Assembly: GCA_963759805.1 (NCBI GenBank)
Contig: CAVXAT010000013.1
Location: 1 to 17,728, forward strand
Length of the DNA stretch: 17,728 nt
Reading direction: 5' to 3'
Source of the DNA: an uncultured bacterium
GTDB lineage: Bacteria; Babelota; Babeliae; Babelales; RVW-14
The position numbers and the translations under genes were made by a program. The notes under the pieces are model-generated. The model saw only the letters and a list, made by a program, of their open reading frames with translations, searched no databases and was not told the DNA's origin. This document shows, piece after piece, positions 1 through 6,930 of the stretch. How positions within the stretch are numbered: position 1 is the first letter of the stretch; the number at the start of each line of letters is the position of its first letter.

Positions 1-1158
1 GTCTTCAGGATGATTAGTAGCCAAAATTAACATGTATTTTTCTGAGCTGGAATTTGTACGAGAAAGAAAGGCATCAACAAGTGCAATTCTAAAGGCATCC
101 AGCCCTTTTCTATCTCTTAAAAAGGAGTCGGCTTCATCAAAAAGTATAATCAAGCCACGTTTGCCATGTTCAGCCCAATCAAAAATTTCGTGCAACTTTT
201 GAATCGCAAGTTGTTCAGAGTACTGCAGCAATCCCGAGCCCTTTATGATCGCATAACTCATGCCGCTCTTGCGCGCAATAATTCGTGCAATCATCGTTTT
301 CCCCGTGCCGGGCGGACCATACAAAACCATGTGTCTGTATGGGATCCCCCATTCATGGGTCTTTTGCGTTTCGCCTGCCAAACGTGTTATTTTTTGTTTA
401 ATTTCAGGCGCCAAAATTACATCGTCAAGCGTAAATTGATGTTCTGCGCAAAGTTTTGTAATACCAAGCTTTAATTTTAACTGTTCATTCAGACTTTTAA
501 TCGAAGTTTCCTGAATTAATGATGGAATACTTATAATTGATTCCAGATATTTAAATCCAAATTGGAATCCATAATAACTTGCAAATATGCCGGCAGAAAC
601 AGCCGTCAATAAAACGCCAACTCGTGCCATGTTCTCTTTTTCAAACCAAAAGCGCAGACGCTCCATATCCCCGTCATTTTTAACAGCCTGGGTGGCGGCT
701 GCTGTTGCAACCTGTGTTTTTCGCACAGCATCTTCTTGCTGTTTGGCCAAAATCATCTGCCATCCACCCTTTAAAGCATCTTGAATATTGCTAGTCCAAG
801 CGTCACCTGTTTTTTCGGCCTTTTCAATATCAGATTCAAGCTTCTTCATTCGCGTATCAACATTTTCCAATCGAACCTGAAACTCAAGTTCTCCAATTGC
901 CCCCTGCTCTTTTTTCTTTACAAGCATAATCTTTTCCTGTTCCAGGGCAGTGCGTTTACGATCAAAAGATTCTCGTGTATCCCGAGAAATATCATCAAGA
1001 ACTTTTGCCGTTTCTACTGCAATTTTTGCAACATCATCAATCTTTATATTAAAACCACCGATATTGAAAGCAGGTGCGTCAGTTGGTTTGGCTGCATAAA
1101 CTTGCGTATTTAATAAAAATATATTTAATAAAAAAGAAAAAATTAAAAACAGAAACAT
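1..1158 (-). CDS. ATAD3-like AAA+ ATPase with N-terminal signal/anchor, coiled coil and TM segment (3' end runs off the window)
   Basis: Manually translated open frame of 386 codons from ATG at 1158-1156, overlapping the upstream TGA by 1 nt (TGATG). It reads MFLFLIFSFLLNIFLLNTQVYA..., then a coiled-coil-like region, TM VGVLLTAVSAGIFASYYG, PSLIQETS, YRHMVLYGPPGTGKT (Walker A, 295-318), LHEIFDWAEHGKRGLIILFDEADSFLRDR (Walker B, 127-156) and MLILATNHPED (sensor 1). Absent from the ORF track because no stop lies in the window. Confidence 0.9.
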   Translation of the reverse strand, partial: MFLFLIFSFLLNIFLLNTQVYAAKPTDAPAFNIGGFNIKIDDVAKIAVETAKVLDDISRDTRESFDRKRTALEQEKIMLVKKKEQGAIGELEFQVRLENVDTRMKKLESDIEKAEKTGDAWTSNIQDALKGGWQMILAKQQEDAVRKTQVATAAATQAVKNDGDMERLRFWFEKENMARVGVLLTAVSAGIFASYYGFQFGFKYLESIISIPSLIQETSIKSLNEQLKLKLGITKLCAEHQFTLDDVILAPEIKQKITRLAGETQKTHEWGIPYRHMVLYGPPGTGKTMIARIIARKSGMSYAIIKGSGLLQYSEQLAIQKLHEIFDWAEHGKRGLIILFDEADSFLRDRKGLDAFRIALVDAFLSRTNSSSEKYMLILATNHPED

Positions 1159-2408
1159 CAGTTTGCCTCTTTGCTTACGTTATTACTTTTGATTACGCTA
1201 TTACTTTTGTTATTACTCATGTTATAAACCCAAACCACAAACTTTATAAGCGCCGGCATTAAAAGAACCAAACTCGATATCGCATGCCACTGTGCAAAGT
1301 GCTTACGCTTGTTAGACTCCCACAATGCAAACGAACACTGCGGCATATTTTTCAAAACACTCTCAAGCTCTTTTTCTGATACCTTTTGTTGCTCCAGATC
1401 ATTACAAGATAATTTTTCCAAAACAGAGATTAAGTTTTTGCGGCTTGAAACCAGATAATTAGAAAGTATAGGTTTATAAATATTTTTGCTCGACCACCAA
1501 ACAAAGATGCTTGCAAAAGCAATTCGACGCGCCAGATCAAATTTATTACCCGTAACCCATTCAGGAAGCATTCCATGTTCACATAAAAACGATGTTGCCA
1601 TGTCTAAAACAGTAGTTTGAACTAAGTCAAAATCAAGTCCTGCAATTGATTTGTCTTTCAAGAACTCCATCAATGAACTATCGATTGGCTCTTTATTTTT
1701 GCTGTAAACAATATTAGCAAGCGCAAAATCTATTAAACTTTGTTTAAACATAGAATTTAAACAGAAGTACTTTTGCGTACGATAAATAACATTTGTTGAT
1801 GCAGCAAATATGGCTACTGCCTGAAAATATTTAATCTGGCTGCTTCGCACGACCTTGCCAACAATATTATCCAACTCCAATGCATTTTTCTTAATCTCTT
1901 CGTCATTCTTTTGCTCGATTGATTCATCAAGTTTTTTTAGTAATTCTAATAACTCTTTTGATTGTTGCAAACACACGTCATGCATTGACGTTTGTAACGC
2001 ATTGCTAAGCATTTTAAAAAAAATAAAATCTGCAGCCCATTGGCTTGAGACAGCAAGCAGTAACATCCAATCTCTGTTACAAAAATTTATCTGAACTCCA
2101 TTTTCACTAATTGGCAAATTTACACCAAAAAGGACTTTGCTGTTGAACTTCTCTTGTTGCTCGATGCGATTTTTTTCTTTATTTGAAATTTTATTTATAA
2201 ACTCAGGCGATGCAAACTTGTCATCAAGCTTGTCGCAGCGTTCAGCAGATCCATATTTTTCACCAAGTTTATCAAAATGCTCTAATCTCGAATCTAACTC
2301 AGATGCAGGAGTTTGCGCAAACAAAGATACGGACGAAAAATTCGTCCACAAAAAAGCTATAACAAAAAAATAAATATATAATATTAGTTTTTTACGTTTT
2401 AACGCCAT
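1158..2408 (-). CDS. hypothetical protein with N-terminal signal peptide
   Basis: ORF 1158..2438. The more likely start is ATG at 2408, preceded by a GGGAGGGG SD-like sequence. N-terminus MALKRKKLILYIYFFVIAFLWTNFSSVSLFA looks like a Sec signal, with further hydrophobic segments. Translationally coupled to the ATPase. Confidence 0.75.
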   Translation of the reverse strand: MALKRKKLILYIYFFVIAFLWTNFSSVSLFAQTPASELDSRLEHFDKLGEKYGSAERCDKLDDKFASPEFINKISNKEKNRIEQQEKFNSKVLFGVNLPISENGVQINFCNRDWMLLLAVSSQWAADFIFFKMLSNALQTSMHDVCLQQSKELLELLKKLDESIEQKNDEEIKKNALELDNIVGKVVRSSQIKYFQAVAIFAASTNVIYRTQKYFCLNSMFKQSLIDFALANIVYSKNKEPIDSSLMEFLKDKSIAGLDFDLVQTTVLDMATSFLCEHGMLPEWVTGNKFDLARRIAFASIFVWWSSKNIYKPILSNYLVSSRKNLISVLEKLSCNDLEQQKVSEKELESVLKNMPQCSFALWESNKRKHFAQWHAISSLVLLMPALIKFVVWVYNMSNNKSNSVIKSNNVSKEAN

Positions 2409-2504
2409 AAATCCATCCCCTCCCAAAAACTCACTCAAAAATATGGACAGATTATGGTAGCATAGAATGCCTTAAATTCAATGAAAATCGCTTAGAATCC
2501 TACT

Positions 2505-2534
2505 AAAAAAGGCCCTTGTAAAATTACAAAGGCC
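2505..2534 (-). terminator. Rho-independent terminator
   Basis: Hairpin GGCCCTTGTA-AAAT-TACAAAGGCC (one non-Watson-Crick position) with A6 on its left, giving a U-tract on the minus strand 40 nt downstream of the 2575..2979 gene. Confidence 0.75.
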
Positions 2535-2574
2535 CGTTTGATTAGATTTTGTTATAACTGAAATTTTTACGCTT

Positions 2575-2979
2575 TTAACTTCCCTTCTTTCTGTGGATCA
2601 AGGCTGCAATACCCACTCCAAACAAGGCAAGCAACAAAGCTGCTATCAGCCCAAGCACAATAAATGTAAGCATGTTTTTGTACTCATTTTCACGTTGTTC
2701 AGATTTGGTACGCTGCTCCTCTATTTTGCGCTCTAACTCCTTTTGCTCAAGCTTTCGTTCCAACTGACTCACCTTTTCTTGGTCACGATCACGCTGCTCT
2801 TGCTCAAGCTTCTCTTCGACCCTATCACTTCTGTCAGACTTAGCTGCTGACTGCCCAATCATCGTTCCTATCGCCAGTCCTCCAAGTGCTCCCGCAGCTA
2901 CAGCACCCTCTTCATGCCCACATTTTGCAGGCGAAACTAGTGCCAACGCAACAAGTAGTGCCAAAACTTTCTTTTCCAT
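2575..2979 (-). CDS. small membrane protein: signal peptide, glycine zipper, coiled coil, C-terminal TM anchor
   Basis: 134 aa ORF with G-rich SD upstream. Signal MEKKVLALLVALALVSPAKC, GAVAAGALGGLAIGTMIG glycine zipper, E/Q/R/K-rich coil, then a hydrophobic segment and basic tail HRKKGS. Confidence 0.75.
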   Translation of the reverse strand: MEKKVLALLVALALVSPAKCGHEEGAVAAGALGGLAIGTMIGQSAAKSDRSDRVEEKLEQEQRDRDQEKVSQLERKLEQKELERKIEEQRTKSEQRENEYKNMLTFIVLGLIAALLLALFGVGIAALIHRKKGS

Positions 2980-3117
2980 AAAAAATCCCCCCTAACCGTA
3001 ATCCTACCCAAACCTGTTTAAATTCGATTTCCCTTGTCTTTTATATTACGAGGGTGTAGAAATATTAGTCAATAATTATAATTTAAGACTATCTTTGCAA
3101 AGGAAAAAAGGAATTTC

Positions 3118-4377
3118 ATGAAAAACGTTATACCCGACACTTCCAATATCATTCAGGCATTGATTCAAAAAGAGTTAGAACGTCAGGAAGGCACCATAAA
3201 CCTCATTGCTTCGGAAAATTACGCCAGTAATGAAGTATTAAATGCGGCAGGATCAGTTTTGACCAACAAATATGCCGAAGGATATCCAGGAAAACGTTAC
3301 TATGGAGGATGCGAGATTATCGATCAAGTCGAAAATATTGCAATCGATTTGGCAAAAAAAATATTTGACGCTGACCATGCCAACGTTCAGCCACACTCAG
3401 GATCTTCTGCCAATTTTGGCGTCTACTTCAGCCTACTAAAGCCGGGCGACACGATTTTAGGAATGAACCTCGCATCAGGCGGACATTTAACACACGGCCA
3501 CAAAATTAACTTCTCCGGCTCACTGTTTAATGCCATTGGTTATGGCGTAAACAAAGAGACTGAAGAGCTTGATTATGAAGAGATAGATAATCTTGCAATG
3601 CAGCACAAACCCAAAATTATTATCGCAGGCGCATCTGCTTATTCAAGATTAATTGATTATAAAAAATTGGAGACTATTGCACAAAGACATAATGCCAAAC
3701 TCTTGGTGGATATGGCACACATTGCAGGCTTAATTGCAGCCAAACTTATACCAAGTCCTGTTCCACATTCTGATTTTGTAAGCACCACAACACATAAAAC
3801 TTTGCGTGGACCTCGGGGGGGAATGATTTTGTGCAAACAACAGTATGCAGCACAGATTGACAAAGCAATCATGCCGGGGATTCAGGGTGGACCGCTCATG
3901 CACATAATTGCCGCAAAAGCGGTTGCTCTTGAGGAGGCAAGCAAGCCGGAATTCAAAACATATCAAGAACAGGTAATCAAAAATGCAAAAACTATGGCTA
4001 AAGCCTTTGCCGATCTTGGTTATAGGATTATTTCAGGCGGAACCGATACTCACCTGTTTTTGGTTGATATTAAAAGCCACAAAGATTTAGGGGGCCAGGT
4101 CTCCGGGCGGGATGTTGAGAGCCTGCTACAAAACCACTGTAATATTATCTTGAATCGCAATATGATCCCATTTGATACGCAAAGTCCAACAAATCCAAGC
4201 GGCATACGCGTTGGAACCCCCGCCGTCACGACCCGAGGGTTTAAAGAAAATGATATTGTACAAATTGTAGAATGGATTGATTTTGCAATTAAAAACAGAA
4301 GTAACGAAGACGCCCTGAAATCAATTAAAGAAAAAGTTACTAAAATTTGTAAGCAAAAGCCAATTTATAAAAACTAA
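3118..4377 (+). CDS. glyA: serine hydroxymethyltransferase
   Basis: LIASEN, NKYAEGYPGKRYYGGC, NVQPHSG, GGHLTHG, DMAHIAGL, and the PLP-lysine motif TTTHKTLRGPRGG. Confidence 0.98.
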   Translation: MKNVIPDTSNIIQALIQKELERQEGTINLIASENYASNEVLNAAGSVLTNKYAEGYPGKRYYGGCEIIDQVENIAIDLAKKIFDADHANVQPHSGSSANFGVYFSLLKPGDTILGMNLASGGHLTHGHKINFSGSLFNAIGYGVNKETEELDYEEIDNLAMQHKPKIIIAGASAYSRLIDYKKLETIAQRHNAKLLVDMAHIAGLIAAKLIPSPVPHSDFVSTTTHKTLRGPRGGMILCKQQYAAQIDKAIMPGIQGGPLMHIIAAKAVALEEASKPEFKTYQEQVIKNAKTMAKAFADLGYRIISGGTDTHLFLVDIKSHKDLGGQVSGRDVESLLQNHCNIILNRNMIPFDTQSPTNPSGIRVGTPAVTTRGFKENDIVQIVEWIDFAIKNRSNEDALKSIKEKVTKICKQKPIYKN

Positions 4378-4406
4378 AATCGAGCTGATGGTAGCTTAAA
4401 TATCAA

Positions 4407-4424
4407 GGCTGCGCTAGCGCAGCC
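4407..4424. repeat. REP-like palindrome copy 1 (GGCTGCGCTAGCGCAGCC); possible bidirectional terminator
   Basis: Perfect 18-bp palindrome between convergent glyA and the AlbA_2 gene. Same arms recur at 6897-6914. Confidence 0.7.
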
Positions 4425-4431
4425 AATTTTC

Positions 4432-5850
4432 TTATTCTTTCGCCAAAATATAACGAGTGCTTCTGCCACTACCAATTTTTTTAATGATCTTTTTGGCAGC
4501 AAGCTCATTAAGCCTTCTACCCGCCGTTGCACGTGTTAAGTAGAGCCTTTCGATAATGTCATTGATCGTTATCTCTGTTGCCGTATGGAACAACTTTAAA
4601 ATGCTCTCAATGGCATCACACTTCTCCCGATCGTTACGCTTCTCAACAGTGCTACGCTTTGGGGAAACAGATCGCATTGTGATTTGCTCCCGAGGCAGAA
4701 TACACTTAACATAATTCTCTCCTTCGATAACGTCTGGTTTTGGAAGACCATATGCATGATAGCTTTCAAAAAGCGTGGTAAATCCCGTACCAAATGCCTC
4801 TATAATCCCCATCTCCTTGAGAGTTTTACAAATTGCATCATTACGAATAAAAGAAAGCCCCATTAAAAGATTTTGGGGGGTAAGTGGACCAGGAAAATCG
4901 CCCGGGCTGTATACTTCTATTCTGTCAGGGAAAAGTGCAATTTTAATTGGTGAAGATAGGTGATAGTTGCGATGAGCAATCGTATTGATCAGCACTTCAC
5001 GAAATGCCTTTTCAGGAATTTCAAGCGTTTCTACCCGTCGAAGACCTTTTACAACCGATGAGCGAGAAAGTCGTTGCAAAACAAAGTCAAAAGCTGCTTC
5101 AACTTGTTCGATTATTGTGCCCGAAAAATCTCTGGTGGCAAGCGTTTTTGAATTTGCTATCGATGGTGCAGAGAAATGAGTACAAACAATGTAAGCCTGA
5201 GGAAAAAAGTGCTGAGGATTTTTTCCAAAAAGAAGGATGCCTGCAACAGTTGGATACAACCGTGCTTGTTCATGTGCTGCAAAATGGTAATTCAATAAAA
5301 GCTTATCTAGAGCTCCTGTTGATTTAGCTGGGATTGATTTAACGGGAACCCTTTTGTAATGAAAAAAGTCACGAATTTTTTGTTCGTCCAAGTCTTGCAC
5401 GCCTGCTTGAAATACCGGAATTTGGTCAGAAGGTAATCCACGTGACTGCCATGAAAGCTCTTGAATCGTCTCAGGATCTGCTCGCATAGTGCTTCTTCCA
5501 ATCCTGATATAAACACCTTTTGACGCCCCTTCCGACTTGAGAAAGTAAGGCTTGTTGTTTCCGGGAAAAACTTCGATAATAAGTAACAATTTTTCACCAA
5601 TTGTTTGTGTGTAAACCAAAGGAATGATTGCCGGATGCGTAGCTTCATAGACTGATTTTTCCACATATTCAAGGACACCCTGTATTTTGTCGCTATCAAC
5701 TCCGATAATTGTTCCATCATTATCAACACCAATAACAAGCCTACCTCCTTTATGATTGCAAAAACCAATAATGGTTTTTATTATCTGCTCATTTTGAGGT
5801 AGCTCTCTTTTAAATTCCAAAATAGTAGATTCTTGCTGGGAATATTTCAT
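4432..5850 (-). CDS. Schlafen/AlbA_2 domain + HATPase_c_4 (RecG C-terminal-like) + C-terminal winged HTH protein
   Basis: N-terminal ESTILEFKR, IIGFCNHKGGRLVIGVDNDG and YIRIGRSTMRA match AlbA_2. PTVAGILLFGKNPQHFFPQAYI, AFREVLINTIAHRNY, DRIEVYSPG, RNDAI and IEAFGTG match HATPase_c_4. C-terminal ITINDIIERLYLTRATAGRRLNEL...GSGRSTRY is a wHTH. GGAGG SD upstream. Confidence 0.9.
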   Translation of the reverse strand: MKYSQQESTILEFKRELPQNEQIIKTIIGFCNHKGGRLVIGVDNDGTIIGVDSDKIQGVLEYVEKSVYEATHPAIIPLVYTQTIGEKLLLIIEVFPGNNKPYFLKSEGASKGVYIRIGRSTMRADPETIQELSWQSRGLPSDQIPVFQAGVQDLDEQKIRDFFHYKRVPVKSIPAKSTGALDKLLLNYHFAAHEQARLYPTVAGILLFGKNPQHFFPQAYIVCTHFSAPSIANSKTLATRDFSGTIIEQVEAAFDFVLQRLSRSSVVKGLRRVETLEIPEKAFREVLINTIAHRNYHLSSPIKIALFPDRIEVYSPGDFPGPLTPQNLLMGLSFIRNDAICKTLKEMGIIEAFGTGFTTLFESYHAYGLPKPDVIEGENYVKCILPREQITMRSVSPKRSTVEKRNDREKCDAIESILKLFHTATEITINDIIERLYLTRATAGRRLNELAAKKIIKKIGSGRSTRYILAKE

Positions 5851-5901
5851 TACTGTTCCTCCCGAAAAAAATAGGACCTTTGTTCTTCAATGTATAAAAT
5901 A

Positions 5902-5930
5902 AGCCTAGCATACTGAGTCGATTGAGTCAA
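5902..5930 (-). promoter_or_regulatory. sigma70-type promoter of the AlbA_2 gene
   Basis: On the minus strand: TTGACT (5930-5925), 17-nt spacer ending in TG-n (extended -10), then TAGGCT (5907-5902). Confidence 0.6.
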
Positions 5931-5995
5931 AAAAATAAAAATACGACTCAATCGACTCACGGAGACTAAAATGAGTCGATTCGTGAGTCGATTCG
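5914..5995. repeat. TGAGTC(GATT) repeat array, probable operator
   Basis: TGAGTCGATTGAGTC (5914-5928) and its perfect inverse GACTCAATCGACTCA (5945-5959) are separated by a 16-nt A-rich spacer. A perfect tandem (TGAGTCGATTCG)x2 follows at 5972-5995. Six TGAGTC cores in 82 bp. Confidence 0.85.
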
Positions 5996-6128
5996 AAACT
6001 TACCGTGCTTTTTATACATATCCACCCAAAGTTTTACTAATTTCAAATTCATTATTTCTGCATTTCTGTATTTATGGTATCCTTTAAATCGCTAGATCTA
6101 GAAAATATCTTATCTCCAGGAGAAAAAA

Positions 6129-6380
6129 ATGATTGTAAAAAATGATGTGTCTCGTATAACAATAGACATTCCCAAAGAGAGCCACAGGCGTCTTAAGTCT
6201 ATGGCTGCACTTCTTGGCAAAAGCATGCGAGAAATAGTTATTGAATCAATAGAAAAAAATTTATTGAATCCAAAAACGCCAAACAAGAAAACCCTCCAAG
6301 CTATCAAGGCCGTTGAAAAGAAAAAGGGACTTGTTAAGGCTAAAAACGCTGAAGGCTTATTTAAAAAATTGGGCATTTAA
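6129..6380 (+). CDS. type II antitoxin, ribbon-helix-helix DinJ/RelB-like
   Basis: N-terminal RHH pattern RITIDIPKESHRRLKSMAALLGKSMREIVIESIE. C-terminal PNKKTLQAI...AEGLFKKLGI is typical of DinJ/RelB-type antitoxins. AGGAG SD; directly abuts the toxin ATG. Confidence 0.85.
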   Translation: MIVKNDVSRITIDIPKESHRRLKSMAALLGKSMREIVIESIEKNLLNPKTPNKKTLQAIKAVEKKKGLVKAKNAEGLFKKLGI

Positions 6381-6882
6381 ATGCTAACGCCTATTTATCA
6401 ACGGCAATTTGAAAAAGATGTTATACCATTCTGCGTAATTAAAGTACCCAAACTTGCCCGCTCCCAGCCGTCGCCTTCGCTTCGCTCATGGCTATGGCGG
6501 GCAGGCTGTGGTGAGTGTTTTTTGCAGGCCGCACCCTTCGATACGCGCACTGCGTGCGCACTCAGGGCGAGCGGCCAAAAAAAACGTACGTGGGCGTCGA
6601 AGCCTTGGCGAAGGCGGCTCAAACCATGCGGGCATAAGACTTACTTTGAATGGTATTACAGTATCCCAGAAGCGTGGCAAAGATTTGGGAGATCTCAAAT
6701 CCATCGTTAAACTTTTGCTGGAGGAGATTTCTCTTCCGCCCCAAAATCGCAATCACAAGCTTAAGGGTGAATTTAAGGATTATTGGGAATGTCACATTGA
6801 ATCTGATTGGTTGTTGATTTATAAAAAAACAAAAACGGAAATTATATTCGTTAGAACAGGGACTCATTCAGATTTATTTTAA
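6381..6882 (+). pseudogene. yafQ: YafQ-family (RelE superfamily) mRNA interferase toxin interrupted by a MITE
   Basis: 5' part MLTPIYQRQFEKDV (6381-6422) and 3' part ...SQKRGKDL...NHKLKGEFKDYWECHIESDWLLIY...RTGTHSDLF are in different frames. Deleting 6424-6658 gives one in-frame 88-aa YafQ. Confidence 0.9.
6424..6655. mobile_element. non-autonomous miniature inverted-repeat element (MITE), 232 bp
   Basis: Ends TACCATTCtgcGTAA and (reverse complement) TACCATTCaaaGTAA match at 12/15. Flanked by TTA at 6421-6423 and 6656-6658. About 58% GC by hand count against an AT-rich background; no transposase; multiple internal hairpins. Confidence 0.85.
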
Positions 6883-6896
6883 TACATAAGGGTAAA

Positions 6897-6914
6897 GGCT
6901 GCGTTGTCGCAGCC
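6897..6914. repeat. REP-like palindrome copy 2 (GGCTGCG-TTGT-CGCAGCC); possible bidirectional terminator
   Basis: 7-bp stem hairpin between convergent yafQ and kdsA, with the same arms and preceding AA as 4407-4424. Confidence 0.7.
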
Positions 6915-6930
6915 CCTAAATTTTAGAATC

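Noticed and set aside
166..1262. Plus-strand ORFs 166..474, 587..784, 781..1113, 1074..1262
   Set aside because: Antisense shadows of the minus-strand ATAD3-like gene and its upstream neighbour; no recognisable motifs.
2920..2979. Lipoprotein signal in the 134-aa protein (SPAKC)
   Set aside because: Lys at -1 does not fit the lipobox consensus [LVI][ASTVI][GAS]C.
5914..5995. Repeat array as CRISPR or replication iterons
   Set aside because: Units are 9-15 bp, in mixed orientation, with no unique spacers; no cas or rep gene in the window.
5971..6087. 38-codon ORF MSRFVSRFETY... with GGAG upstream
   Set aside because: Starts inside the repeat array and crosses the likely TA promoter region; no homology evidence, so probably incidental.
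6054..6100. ATTTCTG direct repeat and CTAGATCTAG palindrome as antitoxin operator
   Set aside because: Plausible position but too short and AT-rich to support from sequence alone.
6424..6655. Insert as a group I/II intron or tRNA
   Set aside because: No group II GUGYG...AY ends, no recognisable group I core, no cloverleaf; TIRs plus a target duplication fit a DNA element better.
6381..6882. ORFs 6381..6710 and 6454..6882 (and antisense ORFs) as independent genes
   Set aside because: They are the two halves of yafQ read into the inserted element.
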